DNA of 64,000 nt from Patescibacteria group bacterium (lineage in GTDB: Bacteria; Patescibacteriota; Microgenomatia; UBA8517), in contig JAOAEL010000002.1 of the NCBI GenBank assembly GCA_026416845.1, positions 47,422-111,421 of the forward strand. The letters are read 5' to 3'. Position numbers and translations under genes: made by a program. Numbering within the stretch: position 1 is the stretch's first letter; each line of letters opens with the position of its first letter. This document shows, in pieces, positions 30,686-40,999 of the stretch. The notes under the pieces are model-generated. The model worked only from the letters and a program-made list of their open reading frames with translations. It made no database searches and was not told the origin of the DNA.

Positions 30686-31624
30686 TTGCCCATGAATCAC
30701 AAACAATTCGCATTCTTTCTCCTTTTTATTGTTTCTTTGATATGGGGATTCGCGGCAGTGGTTATAAAATTCACTCTTGACGGTATATCTCCTCTCCCCT
30801 TTCTGACCTATCGATTTTTAATATCCGCGGCAATCGCAATAGCAATCTTTACTCTTACGAAAAACAAATATAGTTATAAGCCAAAAACATGGCTTGGTAT
30901 CTTCATATATTCGGTTTTGTCCACCACATTCGCTCTGGGATTTCTGTTTCTAGGGCTAGATAAAACAACAGTACTTGAGCTTTCCTTAATCACTTTAATC
31001 GGACCACTTATTACTTCCTATGCGGGAGTTGTTTTCTTAAACGAACACATAACAAAACGAGAAAAAATAGGCACATTGATAGCTTTTTTAGGAACAATAT
31101 TTACAATAGTCGAACCAATACTTAAAGCAGGAGATAACTTTAGTAGTATAGCCGGAAACATTTTGCTTTTTGTTTATTTAGCAGGAGACGTTGCATCTGT
31201 GATCTTGTTGAAAAAATTGGTTAGAGAAAAAATACCACCACTTTTTTTGACAAATATCTCTTTTACCATCGGATTTATTGTTTTAATTCCCATTTCGTTT
31301 GTGTTTTTGGGAATTAACAAATTTATAAACACTTTGATAAACTTAGACTTCATTTACCATTTAGGAGTAATCTATATGGCAATTATATCAGGAACAACGG
31401 CATATGCTTTGCGCGCCAAAGCCCAAAAGACTCTGGAGGTTGGACAAACAGCAATATTCGGTTACCTTACACCTGTTCTTTCGATGCCACTTGCTGTCAT
31501 TTTTCTAAACGAAAAAATAACACCAATGTTTATCTTGGGCGCAATTATTGTCATTACAGGAATATTTATCGCGGAAACCAAAACAAATTCTAAAAAACAT
31601 ACTCATATTGCTCACAAAAAATAA
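30686..31624 (+). CDS. EamA/DMT-family transporter
   Basis: 10-TM protein with duplicated EamA halves. 312 aa. Confidence 0.65.
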   Translation: MPMNHKQFAFFLLFIVSLIWGFAAVVIKFTLDGISPLPFLTYRFLISAAIAIAIFTLTKNKYSYKPKTWLGIFIYSVLSTTFALGFLFLGLDKTTVLELSLITLIGPLITSYAGVVFLNEHITKREKIGTLIAFLGTIFTIVEPILKAGDNFSSIAGNILLFVYLAGDVASVILLKKLVREKIPPLFLTNISFTIGFIVLIPISFVFLGINKFINTLINLDFIYHLGVIYMAIISGTTAYALRAKAQKTLEVGQTAIFGYLTPVLSMPLAVIFLNEKITPMFILGAIIVITGIFIAETKTNSKKHTHIAHKK

Positions 31625-31648
31625 ATCAAGTATAATCATGCTGCTACT

Positions 31649-31981
31649 ATGAAAGCTCAAATTCATCCCAAATGGTTTGAAAATGTAACTGTGACATGCG
31701 CTTGTGGCAATACTTTTGTAACCGCTTCAACAATCAACAAATACCAAGTGGAAATCTGCGCCAAGTGTCACCCTTTTTACACAGGACAAATGAAATTTGT
31801 GGACACTGCAGGAAGAGTTGACGCCTTTATGAATAAAATGAAAAAAGCTTCAAGCAAGGTAATTTCAAAATCCGAAAAAAGAAGAATTAAAAAAGAGAAA
31901 AAGATTCAAAAAGAGCTAGAACGCCCCGAAACGCTTGCTGAACTAAGAAAACAAACAAAAAAGAAAAATAATTCTAAGTAG
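31649..31981 (+). CDS. rpmE: 50S ribosomal protein L31 with Lys-rich C-terminal extension
   Basis: MKAQIHPKW...CACGNTF...[12 protein letters not shown]31 zinc ribbon. About 40 extra basic residues at the C-terminus. Confidence 0.85.
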   Translation: MKAQIHPKWFENVTVTCACGNTFVTASTINKYQVEICAKCHPFYTGQMKFVDTAGRVDAFMNKMKKASSKVISKSEKRRIKKEKKIQKELERPETLAELRKQTKKKNNSK

Positions 31982-32011
31982 GTATTTCTTTTACTTCACT
32001 TCCCGCCACTT

Positions 32012-32725
32012 ATGCATAACCAAACACTTTCATCTAACCAGACAGCTTATATTGAAATTCGAGCGGCAACCGGAGGCGACGAAGCCAAAATCTGGGCAAC
32101 GGATCTTTATCGTATGTATTTTCGCTATGCACAACAAAAAAACTGGAAGGTTGCACCAATTGATGAAACAACTTTAATGGTTTCAGGAGAGGGAGTCTTT
32201 GAACTGCTTAAAAACGAAGCGGGAGTCCACCGGGTGCAAAGAATCCCAGCAACTGAACGCAAAGGCAGAATTCACACATCTACAGCAACAGTTGCAGTGC
32301 TTCCAAAAATCAACCAAACAGAAATAGTCATCAAACCAGACGAAATAGAGTATCAATTTTACCGAAGCGGCGGACACGGCGGTCAAAATGTAAATAAAGT
32401 CTCAACGGCTGTACGAATTACTCACAAGCCATCAGGAATAGTTGTCACCGCATCGGAAGAAAGATTTCAAGAAAGAAATCGCGAAATAGCAATGGAACTT
32501 TTACGAGCGAAATTATGGCAAAAAGAAGAAGAAAAAAAAGTAAAAACAATAGCAGGTTATAGAAGTGTAATAGGCAGAGGAATGAGAGCAGAAAAAATAA
32601 GAACCTACAACTTTCCTCAAGATAGAATCACAGACCATAGAATTGGCAAATCATGGGGTAACTTGCAAACAATCATAGACGGAGAGTTAGATAAAATATT
32701 AGAAGCGACAAAAAACATTAATTAA
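32012..32725 (+). CDS. Class I peptide chain release factor, RF1-like, lacking N-terminal domain 1
   Basis: GGQ motif (RSGGHGGQNVNK) and an RF1-type PxT tripeptide (RIPATERKGRIHTS). Alignment by eye to E. coli RF1 begins at about residue 115. Only 30 bp separate it from the upstream L31 gene. Confidence 0.75.
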   Translation: MHNQTLSSNQTAYIEIRAATGGDEAKIWATDLYRMYFRYAQQKNWKVAPIDETTLMVSGEGVFELLKNEAGVHRVQRIPATERKGRIHTSTATVAVLPKINQTEIVIKPDEIEYQFYRSGGHGGQNVNKVSTAVRITHKPSGIVVTASEERFQERNREIAMELLRAKLWQKEEEKKVKTIAGYRSVIGRGMRAEKIRTYNFPQDRITDHRIGKSWGNLQTIIDGELDKILEATKNIN

Positions 32726-33032
32726 AAACTCCAAAAACTTGCAAAGGATACTTAAAACATGCGATTATATTTACAAGTTAATGTTTACAGCAATAATCAA
32801 TTTCCTAAGGTCAAAAAAGTTTAGAATAGCGCTTTCGGTGGGACTTATAATAGGATTGCTCATTCATTGGGATACACAATTTGATCAAAACGCTCCACTG
32901 TTAATATGGTTAATTTCTTCTTTATTTAGATAAATATTTAGATAAATATATGGAATATTTTCAGAATTTATACTGCAACAAAATTATATCATACTAGACG
33001 ATGCGTTAATAATAGGATTTTTATTTTTAATC

Positions 33033-33329
33033 TTGCCCCTTTCTTCTATTTCATTAACAATCGTTTTTTCTTTTGTCCAAGATAAACATCGGATATTTTC
33101 AATTGCTGGTATAATGACAATAATAATCAATTCTTTTTATCTTTTTGCACACACATCATTCGCGCGACACAGAAATTGCAGTCTTCTTTTCGCACCATGT
33201 CAGCCAACAAATTTTATGGAATTGGAACCACTAGTATTTATACCAACCATTCTTATAATAATCGTTTTGATTGGTTATTTGTTAAACTTCACAATTGAAC
33301 TTTTTTACTCAAAGAAAGTAATTAAATGA
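33033..33329 (+). CDS. Hypothetical small membrane protein
   Basis: 98 aa with three hydrophobic segments. No other support. Confidence 0.25.
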   Translation: MPLSSISLTIVFSFVQDKHRIFSIAGIMTIIINSFYLFAHTSFARHRNCSLLFAPCQPTNFMELEPLVFIPTILIIIVLIGYLLNFTIELFYSKKVIK

Positions 33330-33398
33330 ATGTGCTTTTGCAAACCAAAAATATTATCAGAAAAACCATCCACAAAAAATCCCTGAAGAAAGAATTTC

Positions 33399-34562
33399 CT
33401 AATTTGACTGAGAAAGAGTAGCAGAAATTTTAACAACTTCTCCATCTCTCCATATCTCCACACTTATCGTTTGACCAGGTTTCTTCTTTGATATTACATC
33501 AGCTAAAGAACTTTTTTCATTTATTTCTTCATCATCAATTTTTGTAATTATATCTCCAGGCTTAATTCCAGATTTCTCAGCCGCGGAGCCTTCGGTTATA
33601 TCTACAACATAAGCCCCCTGAGGAACCTTATTTAAAAGAGCCACCTCTTTAGAGATCATTTCGTATCGCACTCCTAAAAATGGCTTGGAAGCAAAACTGC
33701 CTGTTTCTCTATATAAACTCAAAGCCTTTTTAAGGATATCAACAGGTATGGCAAAACCAATATTTTCTGCTCCTTGCGCAACAGCCACATTTACACCAAT
33801 CACTTGTCCAGCAGAATTTAAAAGAGGTCCTCCTGAATTGCCAGGGTTTATGGCAGCATCAGTTTGTATAACATCATCAAGTCGCTCTATATAACCTTCA
33901 AATACACTACCGGCAACTATGCCTCTTCCTAATCCAGATATAACACCTGTAGTTACAGTATGCCTAAACTCCCCCAAAGCTGTGCCTATTGCTATAACCA
34001 TTTGTCCCACTTTAAGATTTTCTGAGCTACCTAGCTCCAAAGGAGTAAGATTGGAAGCCCCCTTTAACTTGATAATAGCCAAATCATTGGTAGGGTCACG
34101 ACTTATTTGCTCAACTTCATATTCTTTATTGTCTTTAGTAATAACTTTGTACTTAGCATTAGCATTTGATACAACATGCTTATTAGTAACAACAAGACCA
34201 TCTTCAGAAACGATAAAGCCAGTACCAATATCTTGCGGATCTCCTCCTTCAAATCTTTGACTAAATCCTCCAAAAGGAGAAAAATTAAGTATCCTTCTTC
34301 TTGGGACTTGTACAGAAATAGTAACCACAGAAGGAGAGGCTTTTTCTGCAACTTCTATGACAACAGACTCTTCAGACAATACACGCTGATTAGCCAAACC
34401 AGGGAAACGGTCCGATATATATTGCCCATTTCTTGGCACAAAAGCATCCAAGGGTTTAAAAACAAAAACACGATCTGCTATGGCACCTACAAAAAGAGAA
34501 ACAATTGTTATAACACTAAAACTTAGACCAATTAAAAAGCCTTTTGCTGTTTGGTTATTCAT
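33399..34562 (-). CDS. HtrA/DegP-family serine protease with PDZ domain
   Basis: Catalytic GNSGGPL, a trypsin-like domain and a C-terminal PDZ. 387 aa. Confidence 0.85.
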   Translation of the reverse strand: MNNQTAKGFLIGLSFSVITIVSLFVGAIADRVFVFKPLDAFVPRNGQYISDRFPGLANQRVLSEESVVIEVAEKASPSVVTISVQVPRRRILNFSPFGGFSQRFEGGDPQDIGTGFIVSEDGLVVTNKHVVSNANAKYKVITKDNKEYEVEQISRDPTNDLAIIKLKGASNLTPLELGSSENLKVGQMVIAIGTALGEFRHTVTTGVISGLGRGIVAGSVFEGYIERLDDVIQTDAAINPGNSGGPLLNSAGQVIGVNVAVAQGAENIGFAIPVDILKKALSLYRETGSFASKPFLGVRYEMISKEVALLNKVPQGAYVVDITEGSAAEKSGIKPGDIITKIDDEEINEKSSLADVISKKKPGQTISVEIWRDGEVVKISATLSQSN

Positions 34563-34698
34563 AAACTATTCAACCACCTTAAGTTTATAAAGCATTTACA
34601 ATTTAAAAGCAAGTTTTTAACACTCAAATGCATTTACATTTATTACACATACATTTAAATTAACACAAATTTACAAAATCAAAAATACCAGATATTTA

Positions 34699-35982
34699 CT
34701 AACCTGATAAAAACTTAACAGCCTCTTCTAATTGCTCATCTGCCTCAGTTTGTTTATCTTGAGAAATTTTTATATCTGGTGTAAGACCGGTAGTATTAAC
34801 CCAAACACCTTTCGGTGTTAGCCACTTGGCAACAGTTACATGCAAGCCTCCTCCTCCATTTAAATCAACAGGCTCTTGGATAGTCCCCTTGCCAAAACTA
34901 TTCTCGCCAATTAATTTTGCTCTTCCATGGTCCCTTAAAGCTCCTGCTAAAATTTCCGAAGCGGAAGCTGATCCTCTATTTATCAAAACCACAACAGGCA
35001 TGGATCTTAAACGACCTAATTTTTGCACTTTGTATTCTTTTTTAGTTTTCCCATTATCTTCAATTACTACAACATCATTTACTTCAAGAAAATCAGTTCC
35101 TAAATCCACAGCTTGGGTTAGATAACCACCAGGATTGTTACGCAAATCAAGAACAATTCCTTTTACATTTCGTTTCAAGACAATATCTGAAATCGCATCA
35201 TTCCATTCTTTAAGAGTATCAGCGGCAAATTTATTTACTCGCAAATGAGCTAAATTGGAATCTTTTCCTACAAAAGAAAGTGAAACACTCGGCACATTAA
35301 TTATTGCACGAGTTAATTCAACATCAAAAGGCTCATCACCCCCTTCGCGTATTAAACTTAAAGTAACTTTTGTGCCAACTTGTCCCCTAATCAAAGACAC
35401 AGCTTCACCTAAACTTATACCATCAGTATCTCGATCAACATTTTTAGCCTTATCTTTAATCCTTAAAATATAATCACCTGCTTGAATATTTGCTCTTTCT
35501 GCAGGTGTACCTGGAACAGGGGCCTCAACAACAAGTTGATTGTTAACCATGTGAATATTTATTCCTACCCCTCCAAAACTACCCTGCAAATCTTCTTGAA
35601 CTATTTTGTTTTCTTCAGGTTTAAAAAAAGATGTATAAGGATCTCCTACAGCAGAAACCATGCCGCGAATAGCGCCATAGACTAGCTCTGAATCAATTAG
35701 TTTTGATTTGTCATAATACTTTGAAGAAAGTATATCCCAAACCTTCCAAAACAACGAAAAATCAAGATCTGTCTTCTCTAGCGGGACAGACCTATTTATC
35801 GTAACTTTAGGATATGAATCGACCTTTGTTAAGCTAAAATTGGAATGTGTAACAATATATCCATTATCTCTTAGAGAATAACCAAGACTAAAACCTAAAG
35901 CTACAAAAAAAACTAAAACCAATATCTTTCTTAAAAGAGCAAAACTTAAACCATTTCCTGAAGAAACATTTGCACCTTTCAT
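34699..35982 (-). CDS. S41-family C-terminal processing peptidase
   Basis: GSASASEILAGAL serine motif and PDZ-like domain, with an N-terminal TM. 427 aa. Confidence 0.8.
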   Translation of the reverse strand: MKGANVSSGNGLSFALLRKILVLVFFVALGFSLGYSLRDNGYIVTHSNFSLTKVDSYPKVTINRSVPLEKTDLDFSLFWKVWDILSSKYYDKSKLIDSELVYGAIRGMVSAVGDPYTSFFKPEENKIVQEDLQGSFGGVGINIHMVNNQLVVEAPVPGTPAERANIQAGDYILRIKDKAKNVDRDTDGISLGEAVSLIRGQVGTKVTLSLIREGGDEPFDVELTRAIINVPSVSLSFVGKDSNLAHLRVNKFAADTLKEWNDAISDIVLKRNVKGIVLDLRNNPGGYLTQAVDLGTDFLEVNDVVVIEDNGKTKKEYKVQKLGRLRSMPVVVLINRGSASASEILAGALRDHGRAKLIGENSFGKGTIQEPVDLNGGGGLHVTVAKWLTPKGVWVNTTGLTPDIKISQDKQTEADEQLEEAVKFLSG

Positions 35983-36047
35983 AGATCAAAATTGTATCAC
36001 TCAATCAAAAAAAGATAAAACACTTTTGCTGTTACCTAAAACAAAAA

Positions 36048-36296
36048 CTAAACTGAAGCGCTAAACGGCAGTAAAGCCAAATGTCTGGCTCTTTTTATTT
36101 CCCGTGGCAACTTCCTGGCATGCTTGCTACATAAACCTGTTCTTTCTTTCCCAAGAATTTTAGCTCTATCGGACAAAAATTTTTCAAGGAACTTATAATC
36201 TTTGTAGTCAGGTTCTTTTTTAGCTTCGCAAAAAGCGCATTTTGATGGAACCTCAATTTTTTGTTTTTTGATAACTTTTTTCTTTTTGCTTGCCAT
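36048..36296 (-). CDS. rpsR: 30S ribosomal protein S18
   Basis: CAFCEAKKEPDYKDYKFLEKFLSDRAKILGKERTGLCSKHARKL. Lies in the conserved rpsF-ssb-rpsR order. Confidence 0.85.
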   Translation of the reverse strand: MASKKKKVIKKQKIEVPSKCAFCEAKKEPDYKDYKFLEKFLSDRAKILGKERTGLCSKHARKLPREIKRARHLALLPFSASV

Positions 36297-36321
36297 ATAT
36301 TTCTAAATCCTTCTGAATTAA

Positions 36322-36801
36322 TCAAAACGGTATATCATCATCTACTTGATCGGAAGGTATTTTTTCTTCTTTTTTACTAGCTATTTTGACATCTTCTTCG
36401 ACAACTGGAGTCTCCAAATCTTCAGGAATATCAAAATCTCCAGCTTGACTTTCGGGCATGCTTGTACCTTTTGAATCAAGAATAACCATATCACTTATAA
36501 CAATTTCTGTGATTGTTTTTTCAGAACCATCTTGCGATTGCCATTTGCGAGTCTGAAGCCTGCCTTCAACATAAACTTTTCTGCCTTTTTTTAGAAGTTG
36601 ACCGCAAAGTTCACCTAATTTATTCCACGCAACTATTCTATGATACTCAACTTCTTCCTTTTTTTCTCCTGTGTCTGTATTCCACTGCCTATTGGTGGCA
36701 ATTGAAAAAGTGCAAACAGCAGAACCAGATGGAGTGTATCTAAGTTCAGGATCTCTTGTTAAATTTCCTATCAACATCACTTTGTTTAAACTTCGTGTCA
36801 T
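36322..36801 (-). CDS. ssb: Single-stranded DNA-binding protein
   Basis: OB-fold NKVMLIGNLTRDPELRYTPSG and an acidic C-terminal DDDIPF tail. Confidence 0.9.
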   Translation of the reverse strand: MTRSLNKVMLIGNLTRDPELRYTPSGSAVCTFSIATNRQWNTDTGEKKEEVEYHRIVAWNKLGELCGQLLKKGRKVYVEGRLQTRKWQSQDGSEKTITEIVISDMVILDSKGTSMPESQAGDFDIPEDLETPVVEEDVKIASKKEEKIPSDQVDDDIPF

Positions 36802-36822
36802 ACTTTTTGATTAACTTTAATT

Positions 36823-37164
36823 TTATTCACTTTTTTCTTTAGTATTTTCCCTTTTTTGACATTTTACCAAAAGAATTCTAATTATGTCTTCCTCAGTTTT
36901 TAGTTTATCAGATAAAGACTTAACATTTTTCGACTCAAGTTCAACTACAAAATGCAAAAAAACTCCTTCAGTATGCTTTTTGATTTTATAAGCTAGAGGA
37001 ATCTCGCCCCAATCCAAAAAAGAATTTATTTTGCCAGAAAGAAGTTTGATAAGCTTTTCTATTCTTTCTTGAACAACTTTTTTTTTCGCAGAAGAAGACT
37101 TTCCTGGAAGAACAACTGTTAATTCATACTGACCCATAAACTGGTAAAGTATATCATTAAACAC
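36823..37164 (-). CDS. rpsF: 30S ribosomal protein S6 (by synteny and weak similarity)
   Basis: Small 113-aa protein with a YELTVVL start. Placed on position upstream of ssb-rpsR. Confidence 0.55.
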   Translation of the reverse strand: MFNDILYQFMGQYELTVVLPGKSSSAKKKVVQERIEKLIKLLSGKINSFLDWGEIPLAYKIKKHTEGVFLHFVVELESKNVKSLSDKLKTEEDIIRILLVKCQKRENTKEKSE

Positions 37165-37227
37165 AATTTAATTTCAATCACCAAGCAAGTAAGCAAATAA
37201 GTAAACCAGAAAACAAAAAAACAAAAT

Positions 37228-37656
37228 TCACTTCTCCAATTTTTGAGTGTCTTCTTTTGATTTTGCCCAATATTTTTCATGAAGCTTGCGCCTTCTTGCT
37301 ATTTCCTTTTCGTACTTTTTCTCGACAAAAGACATAAAAAGCAAAACATCTTCAATTGCTTTTGTGTGAAATTGGTATTTTTCTCTCAAATAGTATTTAA
37401 TATCTGGAAGCTCCTTGGGTTTTTTTAAACTTAAATTGCACTTAAGCAACAAATCAACTAAATCCATTTGCAACCCCGTGGCAATTTTTTCCAACACATC
37501 AATGCCAACAGTTTTATAATCTCCTTTTTCAAGCCTGAACAAATAAGAAGAGTTAACACCAATTTTCTGGGCAAAATCTGCAAGCGTATCTTTCCTTTTC
37601 ATTCTCTGGTATCTCAAATACTTCCCTATTTTGGCAGCAGCATTCATCACAGACAT
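37228..37656 (-). CDS. XRE-family helix-turn-helix transcriptional regulator
   Basis: HTH MKRKDTLADFAQKIGVNSSYLFRLEKGDYKTVGIDVLEKIATGL. The six-frame ORF extends to 37824, but the extra 56 N-terminal residues are low-complexity. Likely start is the Met at 37656. Confidence 0.65.
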   Translation of the reverse strand: MSVMNAAAKIGKYLRYQRMKRKDTLADFAQKIGVNSSYLFRLEKGDYKTVGIDVLEKIATGLQMDLVDLLLKCNLSLKKPKELPDIKYYLREKYQFHTKAIEDVLLFMSFVEKKYEKEIARRRKLHEKYWAKSKEDTQKLEK

Positions 37657-37865
37657 ATTTTTTACTTGTTGACAACCATAGTATACCAAATTAAATTTAA
37701 TTGACTGGTGTAAAAATATATATTGATTTTTGTCAATACTACTTTTCCTAAAATATGATTGGTATTGTTTTTGTTTCAAAAAAATTAGTAATAGAACGAT
37801 ATTCATTTCCAAAAATCTTCTCAAAGCCTTTCACTTCTTGTCTTTATCCAACAAAAAACACATAA

Positions 37866-38489
37866 ATGCAAACTGAAAGGCTCACTAGACAAAATGGTAA
37901 TCTAAACAATAATTTAGAGCCCGCATTTTATCTCCTACACGAAATCAACGCTGCATTTTACGAACAAATAGAGTCAATTTTGGCTCGTCCTAAAGGATTT
38001 GATAAAAATCAACGAATTTGGTTGTTATTGCGTGACCAAGGATGTGCTTTCCAAAATGAAAATTTTATATCATGGTGCAAGAAAAGAGGCTTGTCATACA
38101 AACACAAATGTTCGGAAGAACTTCACTGTCATCACATATACCCAAAAACTTTTCTTGCATATTTAGGATTTGATGAACTTTATATAAACCGGGCTGAAAA
38201 CGGAATCGTTGTATGCAAGTTTGCTCATCTAAACTGGATACACCCTGATATGGGAGAAGCAATGAGAAATTATCGAACCAATCCGAATAGTATTGAACAA
38301 GTTTTTGAAAAAAGATCAGATTTGTTAAAACAAGGCAGAAAATATTGGATTGATTTATGGGATGATCTTTTTTATGCTCTTGCTCTACTTAACACAAGCC
38401 AATTTGTAATAAATCATGGTATACCCTACCCAATCGGTAAAAGATCAAATTCACCAAACCCAAACATCAACGGACATCAAAAAAAATAA
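37866..38489 (+). CDS. HNH-nuclease-like protein
   Basis: Cys/His pattern GCAFQNENFISWC...ELHCHHIYPK...NGIVVCKFAHLN fits an HNH beta-beta-alpha metal finger. Transcribed divergently from the XRE regulator. Confidence 0.4.
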   Translation: MQTERLTRQNGNLNNNLEPAFYLLHEINAAFYEQIESILARPKGFDKNQRIWLLLRDQGCAFQNENFISWCKKRGLSYKHKCSEELHCHHIYPKTFLAYLGFDELYINRAENGIVVCKFAHLNWIHPDMGEAMRNYRTNPNSIEQVFEKRSDLLKQGRKYWIDLWDDLFYALALLNTSQFVINHGIPYPIGKRSNSPNPNINGHQKK

Positions 38490-38538
38490 ATTCTTTCGCT
38501 TCTTGGTTTAAATATAATCATAATTAACTTAGAAATTT

Positions 38539-39666
38539 TTAAGTTCCTATTTTAAATTCAATAACATCTCCATCTTTAACAACATAATCCTTGCCTTCAA
38601 TTTTTACCATTCCTTTCTCTCTGGCCATTTTCCATCCACCACAACGCACGAAATCGTCAAAATCGCAAACATCAGCTTTTATAAATTTATTTTCAAAGTC
38701 GCTGTGTATTGCCGCCGCCGCTTGAGGAGCAAGTGTTCCATTTCTGATTGTCCATGCCCGCGCTTCTTTGACTCCTGCGGTTAGAAATGTAATAAGTCCT
38801 AATGTGTTAAATGCTTTTCTAATAAGTTTTTCAAGACCGCTTTCTGTTATTCCCAAGCTAGCCAGATATTCTTTCTGATCGTTCTCTGCAAGAGCGGCTA
38901 ATTCACTTTCCACTTTAGCGCAAATTCCTATCACACAACCTGCAGGAATCCCAAATTCTAAAGCATAATCGGATTCTATTTTCTCAACATTAACTAAATC
39001 GTTCTCATCAACATTTAAAACAATCAACACTGGTTTGGCTGTGAGCAGGTGAAATTCATAAGACGCCTTTCGCTCTTCATCTGATAACTTCACATCACGC
39101 GCGGGAATCCCCTTTGACAAACCATCCATCAATTTTGTCAAAGCCGAAACTTTATGGTGTAAATTTTCACTAGCACCTTTTTTTTGCGCATTTTTAATCC
39201 GTTCTAATGTTTGCAAATCAGCAAGTTTAAGTTCTGTCTCAACTACTTCTAAATCAGATTTTGGGTCAACAGATCCTTCTTTTACAATATTTTCATCCTT
39301 AAAAGCTCTTAGCACATGACAAATCGCGTCTGTCTCTCTGATATGAGACAAGAATTTATTACCAAGTCCTTCGCCTTTATGCGCTCCAGCAATAAGTCCA
39401 GCTATATCAACAAATTCGCAAGTCGCGGGAACTTGAGGTGGAAGTTGATCCAATTTTTCAGAAGTTTTTACAACTTCAGCCAGTCGTGCTAGTCTTTCAT
39501 CGGGAACTGGAACAATACCAACATTTGGCTCTATTGTGGCAAAAGGAAAATTAGCGGCATAAGCCGCCTGTTTTTTCAGTAAAGCGTTAAAAAGAGTAGA
39601 CTTGCCAACATTTGGTAGACCAACAATCCCGACACTTAGTTTTGTGCTTGCCATTTCAAGTTTCAA
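38539..39666 (-). CDS. ychF: Ribosome-binding ATPase YchF (Obg-family GTPase with TGS domain)
   Basis: GIVGLPNVGKSTLFNAL P-loop and a C-terminal TGS domain. 375 aa. Confidence 0.9.
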   Translation of the reverse strand: MKLEMASTKLSVGIVGLPNVGKSTLFNALLKKQAAYAANFPFATIEPNVGIVPVPDERLARLAEVVKTSEKLDQLPPQVPATCEFVDIAGLIAGAHKGEGLGNKFLSHIRETDAICHVLRAFKDENIVKEGSVDPKSDLEVVETELKLADLQTLERIKNAQKKGASENLHHKVSALTKLMDGLSKGIPARDVKLSDEERKASYEFHLLTAKPVLIVLNVDENDLVNVEKIESDYALEFGIPAGCVIGICAKVESELAALAENDQKEYLASLGITESGLEKLIRKAFNTLGLITFLTAGVKEARAWTIRNGTLAPQAAAAIHSDFENKFIKADVCDFDDFVRCGGWKMAREKGMVKIEGKDYVVKDGDVIEFKIGT

Positions 39667-39756
39667 GTTTCCTTTTAATACACAAAGCTAATTATAGCTG
39701 AAGTTAAGCCTGATTGCTTACAAACTTGTATAAACTTATAGCTAAAAATTTTTTGA

Positions 39757-40320
39757 TTGTATAATTCAAACTATCCCGCTTGTACAATTTGTTATACTAA
39801 AGTCACAAAATTAGATAAATACAAATGCACACCAGAAACTCTACATACGGCCTACAAATTGGCAAAGATCAACCCCAACTACCATAAATTGATCTTTGAT
39901 CTTGAAAATAATAAAAAACCAATAGAGGTAGAAATGACAGGTCTAGCTCTTTTTTCAATTAAGAAATATTTTTCTGATCGTGTGGTTTTCTCTGTAATTC
40001 CTTATGAAGAGATTCAGCAAAGAAAGCTTTCCAAGAGTGATACCATGGAAGGAGAAGGATTAGTAGTTAACTTACTTAGAACAGTAATTGGATGGGATCT
40101 GGTTGCAAGTTTAGTTGAAGCAGAACCTGACATTGTAACGGTAAGCCTAAGGACACGAGACGAAAACAAGTTTGAAGTTAGCAAGATTGCAAAATCGGTT
40201 GGGGAAAAAGGTGGAGGACACAAAGGAGCAGCAGGAACAACAATTAAAGAACCATTAAATAAAGCAAAGGCCACTCTCTTAAAAGCTATTGGACAAACTT
40301 TCCCTGAACTCAGGAAATAA
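39757..40320 (+). CDS. Stand-alone DHHA1-domain protein
   Basis: C-terminal GGGHKGAAG motif typical of the DHHA1 domain of NrnA/RecJ-like phosphoesterases. No DHH catalytic domain is present. Confidence 0.45.
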   Translation: MYNSNYPACTICYTKVTKLDKYKCTPETLHTAYKLAKINPNYHKLIFDLENNKKPIEVEMTGLALFSIKKYFSDRVVFSVIPYEEIQQRKLSKSDTMEGEGLVVNLLRTVIGWDLVASLVEAEPDIVTVSLRTRDENKFEVSKIAKSVGEKGGGHKGAAGTTIKEPLNKAKATLLKAIGQTFPELRK

Positions 40321-40411
40321 CTGTAATTTAAATAACTTGATAAAAATAAAAAAGATACTTCAAGTCAAGTTTTCATTCACCAAAAAATTTAAACTTCCAA
40401 TAACACAAACT

Positions 40412-40999
40412 TCACAATTTTAGACTTGAATAATCCGCATCAAAAGGAACAGTTCTACGCCAGTTCCTATGTAATAAAGATTCAACTAAAGCCTTCAAAG
40501 TAGATTTGGGCAGAATTCTAGCTGTTGATCTGTCTTTAAAAGCTGAATTAAGACACTCTGCAAAAGCTCTACAAAAATCAACTACGTGCCAACTTGCCAA
40601 AGAAGCAATAGCGTACCTTGAAGCTATCGTGGCTAAACGCTCCCATCGATTGGCATCTTTTGAAGCTCGCAATGATTGATTATAGGAATTTCTTAGATTG
40701 TTAAACGATTCTTCATCTTTGCTCAATCGTGCCCTTAAAAGGTCCCTTTGAAACTCAAGCAGTGTTTTTACAGTCATTTCGTTAGCAATTCTCACAGCTT
40801 CATCCAACATTTCAACCGCGGTATTAATCAAAGACGGATCTCCAACTAATGCCGATAATGTTACTAAGTAATCAGCCATCCAATTAATCATTTCAATACG
40901 AAATTCATACGGATTGCCTTTGGTATCTTGTCTAATAGCAATTGACATTTCTCTAACTTGGCAATTTTCCGTACAATAAAGAAAACCCTTTTCTTGCAT
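40412..40999 (-). CDS. Hypothetical protein (slightly higher GC than surroundings)
   Basis: 195 aa, mainly helical, no recognised motif. A possible 38-50 aa small ORF lies just upstream at about 41050..41215 on the same strand. Confidence 0.4.
   Translation of the reverse strand: MQEKGFLYCTENCQVREMSIAIRQDTKGNPYEFRIEMINWMADYLVTLSALVGDPSLINTAVEMLDEAVRIANEMTVKTLLEFQRDLLRARLSKDEESFNNLRNSYNQSLRASKDANRWERLATIASRYAIASLASWHVVDFCRAFAECLNSAFKDRSTARILPKSTLKALVESLLHRNWRRTVPFDADYSSLKL

Noticed and set aside
32920-32950. Short tandem duplication TTTAGATAAATAT x2 downstream of a small ORF
   Set aside because: Two copies of a 13-mer in AT-rich intergenic DNA with no associated feature. Likely trivial slippage.
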